Origin: Flavobacteriaceae bacterium
Lineage (GTDB): Bacteria > Bacteroidota > Bacteroidia > Flavobacteriales > Flavobacteriaceae
Length of the DNA stretch: 64,000 bases
Direction: 5' to 3'
Assembly (NCBI GenBank): GCA_035654795.1
Contig: DASRWC010000011.1
Location: forward strand, 9,734-73,733
Shown here piece by piece: positions 59,063-64,000 of the stretch. Under the pieces are notes generated by a model, which saw only the letters and a program-made list of their open reading frames with translations, ran no database searches and was not told where the DNA came from. Each line of letters starts with the position of its first letter. Position 1 is the stretch's first letter. A program made the position numbers and the translations under genes.

Positions 59063-59467
59063 TTATCCCCAGTTAAAGATGATATTTTTTTCCATCTCAG
59101 GGTGAAGACTTTGCAGAACCGGGCAAGATCTTCCGGTGTTTTCGAGTATTTTACGAGAACGCTCATCGATACCGGCAGGAAAATGAAGCACAACATCTAC
59201 ACGAGAAATCCGTCGCGGATTGGCAGCCATCGTTTTGGTCACCTCGGCGGTGGTCCCATCCATATTAACACCCATTTCTGCGGCTTTAATGCCCATAACC
59301 GTGATCATACAATTTGCAAGTCCGGTAGCCACGGTGTCAGTAGGAGAGAAGGCTTCTCCTTTTCCATGATTGTCCACGGGGGCATCGGTTATGTATTTAT
59401 TTCCGGACCGGAGATGCTCGTTCTCCGTACGAAGATTTCCTAAATAAGTTACTTTTGAAGTGGTCAT
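59063..59467 (-). CDS. OsmC family peroxiredoxin-like protein
   Basis: Two conserved Cys contexts, GLANCMITV and GRSCPVLQS. 134 aa. Confidence 0.88.
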   Translation of the reverse strand: MTTSKVTYLGNLRTENEHLRSGNKYITDAPVDNHGKGEAFSPTDTVATGLANCMITVMGIKAAEMGVNMDGTTAEVTKTMAANPRRISRVDVVLHFPAGIDERSRKILENTGRSCPVLQSLHPEMEKNIIFNWG

Positions 59468-61401
59468 TCTACAACATCTAATTTTAAATTCTCATTATAT
59501 TTCAGAATATAGGCCGCTTGATTTGAATATCCGTTTGTCCCTCCTTTTTCATACCGAAACTTGTTTTCAACATATACCGTTTCGCTTGCCGAGTTTGCCG
59601 TTTGATACAAATCTTTTTCTGCAGCAAGGCGAAGGATAACATCATAAGTCACGTCAAAACCGCGAGTAACATATCGGTTTGGCCATACCCCGTATTTGCT
59701 CTTATACCGCTTAAAAAATTCAGTATTCTCTTCTGAGTCTGTGTTCTTATTTACCGAAGGAAAAGTAAAATTTAATTTGGCTAGTTTTGAATTTGAAACT
59801 TCATGCCATTCATAAGCCTCGTTTTTATCTAAGGTAAAAAGGCGGATGTCATTGCTGTTTGCCATATTTGACAAAACATTGACTACACTGCTTACAAGTA
59901 TGGGTTTATCAGAGGCCAGTACGATCCAGTTTTCACGGCTATTGTCGATTTGCGGTTGAATGTCAGAGTCGCGCACATAGTTGTTTCTCACCACAATTAT
60001 TTTTGTGGCTGGTAAAGAGGAAGTAACTGTTTCAGATAATTTCTGATGTTTCGCATCGGTCAAAAAGATAATGTTTTTGTTGTTTCCATGTCTTTTCAGA
60101 TAATGAATCATCACTTCCCGCAAAACGCCGGAAGTAGGCAGGGATTGAAAAAGATTGGAACTCATTTCCAGTTCTCTGTTGCTAAGCGGCGAGAAAACCG
60201 GAATATTATTTTTTTCCAATACCTGAGCCGTTTTTTCTACATTACGCTGAAGTAATGGACCAATCACGGCATCTGTAGAATTAAAGTTGTTTCCGGATAG
60301 AATTCCGTTCACTTTATTCTCATTTTGTCCGGTATCAAATACATGAATATTGATTGAAATTCCTTTTTCTTTGGCAAATTCTGCAGCCATAAGGGCTCCG
60401 CTATAAAAATCTAAGGCTACCCGCAGGGTGGGATCTCGTTTTATTAATTCTTCCCCATTCTGAATAGAATCCTCCGCTATTCGAAAGGGTAACATGAGCG
60501 CCAGATTTTTGGTTCGTTTATTATCAATCTTTTTTTCGAGATCAACAATTTTTACTTCTTCTTTTGAAACTCCCTTATTGCTTGTAGGAATTTTTAAAAT
60601 CATCCCTTCCTTAAGTCCCTCTTTAGCATAAGGATTCAATGCGATAATTTCCTCTTCAGAAAGTCCGAATTTTACCTTCAATCTGTAAAAACCTTCTTTA
60701 GCTTTCACTTCATATAATTCAAAATTATCTGGATCCACTTCTCCTTGTTCTACTACCTTTTTAGATGGAACAATGATTTTCGCACCAATTTGAAGTTCGT
60801 CTTTGATGTGCGGATTCAGATCTTCCAATTCGGCAATAGTGATACCAAATTTTCGAGCAATACCATATTTTGTTTCCTTGGGTTCCACAGTATATTCCAT
60901 TGTTCCCGGAGGGGTATGGCTGGAGCTGCCGGTTTTTTCTTTATGTGAAATCTCTGTAGAAGAATGAGGAATAAGGATAATTTCACCTTTTCTTACGCCA
61001 CGAGAATTTAAATCAGGATTAACTCTTTTCAGATCATCTGCGCTTATGTTGTAATCACGAGCTATTCCAAAGACGGTTTCCTTTGCCTTTACTTTGTGTT
61101 CTCTGAGCCCAAGGGGATTTACGGATTTCCCTGATTCAAATTTTGAAGCCGGCAAAATTAAGATGCTGTTTGCTTTAATTCCATTTTTTGAATCGGGATT
61201 TAAATTGTAAATAATTGATTCGGAAATTCCACGATCTCGGGCAATACTAGCCACGGTTTCTCCTTTCCGGACAGCGTAGCTTTCATAGGAAGTGGGTTGT
61301 GCAGTAGAACCACAGCTGATAGTAAAAAAAACAACCAAACAGAGGTATAATGAATACTTCAAAGCAATAAAAAATTGATATTTAAATTGAGTTCCTGCCA
61401 T
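59464..61401 (-). CDS. Lipoprotein with four LysM repeats and a periplasmic-binding-protein (type 1)-like C-terminal domain
   Basis: Lipobox FTISC|GST. Four repeats of the Y-x-V-x-x-G-E/D-T..IA..N pattern. The C-terminal 350 aa resembles the PBP1/Leu-binding fold by eye. Confidence 0.8.
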   Translation of the reverse strand: MAGTQFKYQFFIALKYSLYLCLVVFFTISCGSTAQPTSYESYAVRKGETVASIARDRGISESIIYNLNPDSKNGIKANSILILPASKFESGKSVNPLGLREHKVKAKETVFGIARDYNISADDLKRVNPDLNSRGVRKGEIILIPHSSTEISHKEKTGSSSHTPPGTMEYTVEPKETKYGIARKFGITIAELEDLNPHIKDELQIGAKIIVPSKKVVEQGEVDPDNFELYEVKAKEGFYRLKVKFGLSEEEIIALNPYAKEGLKEGMILKIPTSNKGVSKEEVKIVDLEKKIDNKRTKNLALMLPFRIAEDSIQNGEELIKRDPTLRVALDFYSGALMAAEFAKEKGISINIHVFDTGQNENKVNGILSGNNFNSTDAVIGPLLQRNVEKTAQVLEKNNIPVFSPLSNRELEMSSNLFQSLPTSGVLREVMIHYLKRHGNNKNIIFLTDAKHQKLSETVTSSLPATKIIVVRNNYVRDSDIQPQIDNSRENWIVLASDKPILVSSVVNVLSNMANSNDIRLFTLDKNEAYEWHEVSNSKLAKLNFTFPSVNKNTDSEENTEFFKRYKSKYGVWPNRYVTRGFDVTYDVILRLAAEKDLYQTANSASETVYVENKFRYEKGGTNGYSNQAAYILKYNENLKLDVVE

Positions 61402-61414
61402 AATAGTTCAAATT

Positions 61415-62944
61415 TTATTCCCATTCAATGGTAGCAGGCGGTTTCGAGCTAATGTCATAGACCACTCTATTAACGCCATTTACTTCATTTATTATTTTAT
61501 TACTAACGTCTTGCAAAAATTCATAGGGTAGCGGAATAATATCTGCCGTCATTCCGTCAACCGAATTTACGGCTCTCAATGCCACCACTCGCTCATAAGT
61601 CCTTTCGTCTCCTGAAACTCCTACACTGTTTATGGGTAAAAGAATGGCTCCTGCCTGCCAAACGTTGTCATATAAATTCCATTCTCTCAATTGGTTAATG
61701 AAAATTGCATCCACTTCTTGCAAAATACGAACTTTTTCGGCAGTAATATCTCCTAAAATTCGAATAGCCAGACCGGGTCCGGGGAATGGGTGCCGCCCGA
61801 GAAGATCGGGATGAATTCCCAATTCTTTGCCCACACGGCGCACTTCATCCTTAAAAAGCATTCTCAAAGGCTCCACAATTGACAGTTTCATAAAATCCGG
61901 CAATCCTCCCACGTTATGATGACTTTTAACGGCTACAGATTTTCCGTCGGCGGAAACGCTTTCTACAACATCGGGATAAATGGTTCCTTGCGCCAGCCAT
62001 TTTACATCAGAAATTTGATGAGCTTCGTCATCAAAAACTTCAATAAATGTCCGACCGATAATTTTACGTTTTTCTTCAGGATCGCTCACGTCTTTTAAAG
62101 CAGTCAGAAAACGCTCTGAGGCATCCACACCTTTTACATTCAAGCCCATGTCTTTGTACTGATGCAGCACATTTTCAAATTCATTCTTCCGTAGCAATCC
62201 ATGATTCACGAAGATGCAGAAAAGGTTTTTTCCTATTGCCTTATTTAAGATTACCGCCGTGACCGTAGAATCTACTCCTCCGCTCAATCCTAAAACGACT
62301 TTGTCATTTTGAAGGTCTTCTTTCAATTTTTTTATAGAGTTATCTACAAACGCTTGTGGAGTCCAAGTAGGCACTATATTAGCAATGTTTATCAGGAAGT
62401 TCTCGATTATTTTTTTCCCCTGGGTGGTGTGATGTACTTCAGGATGAAATTGAAACCCGAAAGTGTTTTCGTTTGATAATTGAAATGCAGCTATTTCTCC
62501 TTCTACTGATTGTGCTAAGACCTGAGCTGATGCCGGTAGTGCCTTTATTTTATCTCCTAGGCTGTACCATACCTGAAAATTGTCGTTGAGATCTTGAAAA
62601 ATTTTATTGGTTTGATCCACTTTTTGTAGGTGCGTTTTTCGATATTCTCTTTTTTCGGCTTTAGCAATTTCACCTTCGGCCATGTGTGCAAGGAGTTGCG
62701 CACCATAACCAATTCCAAGCACCGGAATCTTGGTCAAGAATGACGAAAGTTGTGCTATGGGTGCATTTTCGGAATGTACTGATGCAGAGCTCCCCGAGAG
62801 AATAACAGCTTGATAGTTTTCCGGATTTTCAGGCAGGTTGTGGTAAGGATGTATTTCACAAAATACATTTAGCTCCCTCACTCTTCGAGCAATTAGTTGG
62901 GTGTATTGCGAACCAAAATCTAAAATAAGAACAGTGTTTTGCAT
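61415..62944 (-). CDS. guaA: GMP synthase; ATP-pyrophosphatase domain intact, glutamine amidotransferase domain with atypical active-site residues
   Basis: [38 protein letters not shown], and C-terminal KPPATIEWE. The nucleophile-elbow motif reads LGIGYGAQ instead of G-x-C-Y-G-x-Q. Confidence 0.95.
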   Translation of the reverse strand: MQNTVLILDFGSQYTQLIARRVRELNVFCEIHPYHNLPENPENYQAVILSGSSASVHSENAPIAQLSSFLTKIPVLGIGYGAQLLAHMAEGEIAKAEKREYRKTHLQKVDQTNKIFQDLNDNFQVWYSLGDKIKALPASAQVLAQSVEGEIAAFQLSNENTFGFQFHPEVHHTTQGKKIIENFLINIANIVPTWTPQAFVDNSIKKLKEDLQNDKVVLGLSGGVDSTVTAVILNKAIGKNLFCIFVNHGLLRKNEFENVLHQYKDMGLNVKGVDASERFLTALKDVSDPEEKRKIIGRTFIEVFDDEAHQISDVKWLAQGTIYPDVVESVSADGKSVAVKSHHNVGGLPDFMKLSIVEPLRMLFKDEVRRVGKELGIHPDLLGRHPFPGPGLAIRILGDITAEKVRILQEVDAIFINQLREWNLYDNVWQAGAILLPINSVGVSGDERTYERVVALRAVNSVDGMTADIIPLPYEFLQDVSNKIINEVNGVNRVVYDISSKPPATIEWE

Positions 62945-62977
62945 AAAGCGGATTTTATACTTGTAGGAATAGATAGT

Positions 62978-64000
62978 TTATAAGAAAAATATTTTAAAAT
63001 TCATTTCCAGGGGGTTCAACTTGTCTTTCAGTCTTTCGAGAAAGTCATGGCCGTATTCCAAATAATATTCGGAAAAATTATCCATTCTTTCTTGAAGTGA
63101 CTGATTTGGAAATAGTTCTTCCTGAATCTGAATAACGCGTTCAATTTCGTCTAAAAATTTTCTTTTTTGTGCTTTTAAAAGTCGCCTCTCCAGTTTGTCT
63201 AAACCATTTAATTGTTTTTTTTCCTGCGCCTTTACTGCACCTAAGAAAGATTTATCCGTTTGTTCTGCAATTTTATAAAGGTCTGTGAATTGCTTTTGAA
63301 GAAAATCTTTCTGAGGAGAAAAATCAATAGGAATTGGAGAGAGTTCTTTGGCTCTTTTAGACCGAAGTTCGTTTTCCGGAAGAAATAATTCTTCCGGACT
63401 CACATCTAACTTTTGCATTTTCTTAGCCCATTTTTCCGAGATCAACAGCGCAGAATTTCTCAAAAGCAACATAGGGAAAGTAACTCCCACTGCATCAAAA
63501 TAATCTTTTAGCTGAAACCAGTATGCCAGCTCACCTCCACCGCCTATATAGCAGAGATTTGGAAGAATAACTTCTTGATAAAGTGGTCTTAAAAGTGCAT
63601 TGGGAGAAAAATGTTCGGGATAATTTTGAAGTTCCTCCAGAATCTCGCCCTCGGTAAAACGGATGTCGGTGTTCAAAACTCGAAAAATATGATCCTCCAA
63701 AACGATCCGCTCGCGCAGGTTGTTTTTTAAATAAAACAAATTTATCTCCCTCGGGTGTACCTGTTCCGGATATCCTTTGGAAACAAGGTTTTGCGTGGTC
63801 CGGGAGATGATGTGATGGCTTAATTGACGGGTTAAGTCTTCTTTCATATACGGCGAAAAACAGTTTTTTAATTCACTGTCATTCCCATCTATGATTACCA
63901 GACCATAAGTGCGAAATAATTGATTGGCCAAATATCGGGTGGCGTCGGCAAGATTTTTATTCTTGACATAAGCGTCAAAAAATAAGGCGGTCAATTTTTT
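62978..64000 (-). CDS. bshC: Bacillithiol biosynthesis cysteine-adding enzyme BshC; 5' end beyond window edge
   Basis: FSPNALLRPLYQEVILPNLCYIGGGGELAYWFQLK and a C-terminal coiled-coil region. The frame stays open to base 64000. Confidence 0.85.
   Translation of the reverse strand, partial: KKLTALFFDAYVKNKNLADATRYLANQLFRTYGLVIIDGNDSELKNCFSPYMKEDLTRQLSHHIISRTTQNLVSKGYPEQVHPREINLFYLKNNLRERIVLEDHIFRVLNTDIRFTEGEILEELQNYPEHFSPNALLRPLYQEVILPNLCYIGGGGELAYWFQLKDYFDAVGVTFPMLLLRNSALLISEKWAKKMQKLDVSPEELFLPENELRSKRAKELSPIPIDFSPQKDFLQKQFTDLYKIAEQTDKSFLGAVKAQEKKQLNGLDKLERRLLKAQKRKFLDEIERVIQIQEELFPNQSLQERMDNFSEYYLEYGHDFLERLKDKLNPLEMNFKIFFL

Overview
AT-rich chromosomal segment with Bacteroidota/Flavobacteriia hallmarks: TAnnTTTG-type -7 promoter boxes, a T9SS C-terminal sorting domain, long-form YidC, many lipoboxes, and pheT and sucC without adjacent partner subunits. 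I call about 58 CDS. I saw no rRNA, tRNA, CRISPR array, integrase or transposase. Left third (1-11.7 kb): four tandem two-domain universal stress protein (USP) genes, then a complete clade II (Sec/lipoprotein-type) nitrous-oxide reductase cluster: cytochrome c, FAS1 lipoprotein, nosZ, NosB-like membrane protein, nosL, nosD, nosF, nosY. Middle: alaS, pheT, Lrp/AsnC, a glycan cassette (sulfatase-like, GNAT/FemAB-like, DegT, Wzx), a CzcA-type heavy-metal RND pump fused in one ORF to its outer-membrane factor (plus a His-rich small protein and CzcB), two secreted DsrE-like paralogs, a fifth USP, and typA. Right third: mostly housekeeping (crcB, DPP III, GH3, rluF-like, hsp20, sucC, csp, S8/T9SS protease, mnmA, yidC, pyrG, osmC, LysM protein, guaA, bshC). 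Four observations deserve most attention. (1) A Crp/Fnr-type palindrome (TGAT-N4-ATCA) sits at an identical 29.5-nt distance from a -7 box in front of the nos operon and two USP transcription units, which suggests an undescribed anaerobic/N2O regulon for a nosR-less clade II nos cluster. (2) The CzcA::OMF fusion keeps an internal signal-peptide-like segment and an in-frame GTG. (3) The guaA glutamine-amidotransferase nucleophile Cys is Gly, and other conserved positions are also altered. (4) An unexpected FAS1 lipoprotein gene lies inside the nos operon. All functional calls come from motif recognition by eye; no database search was run.
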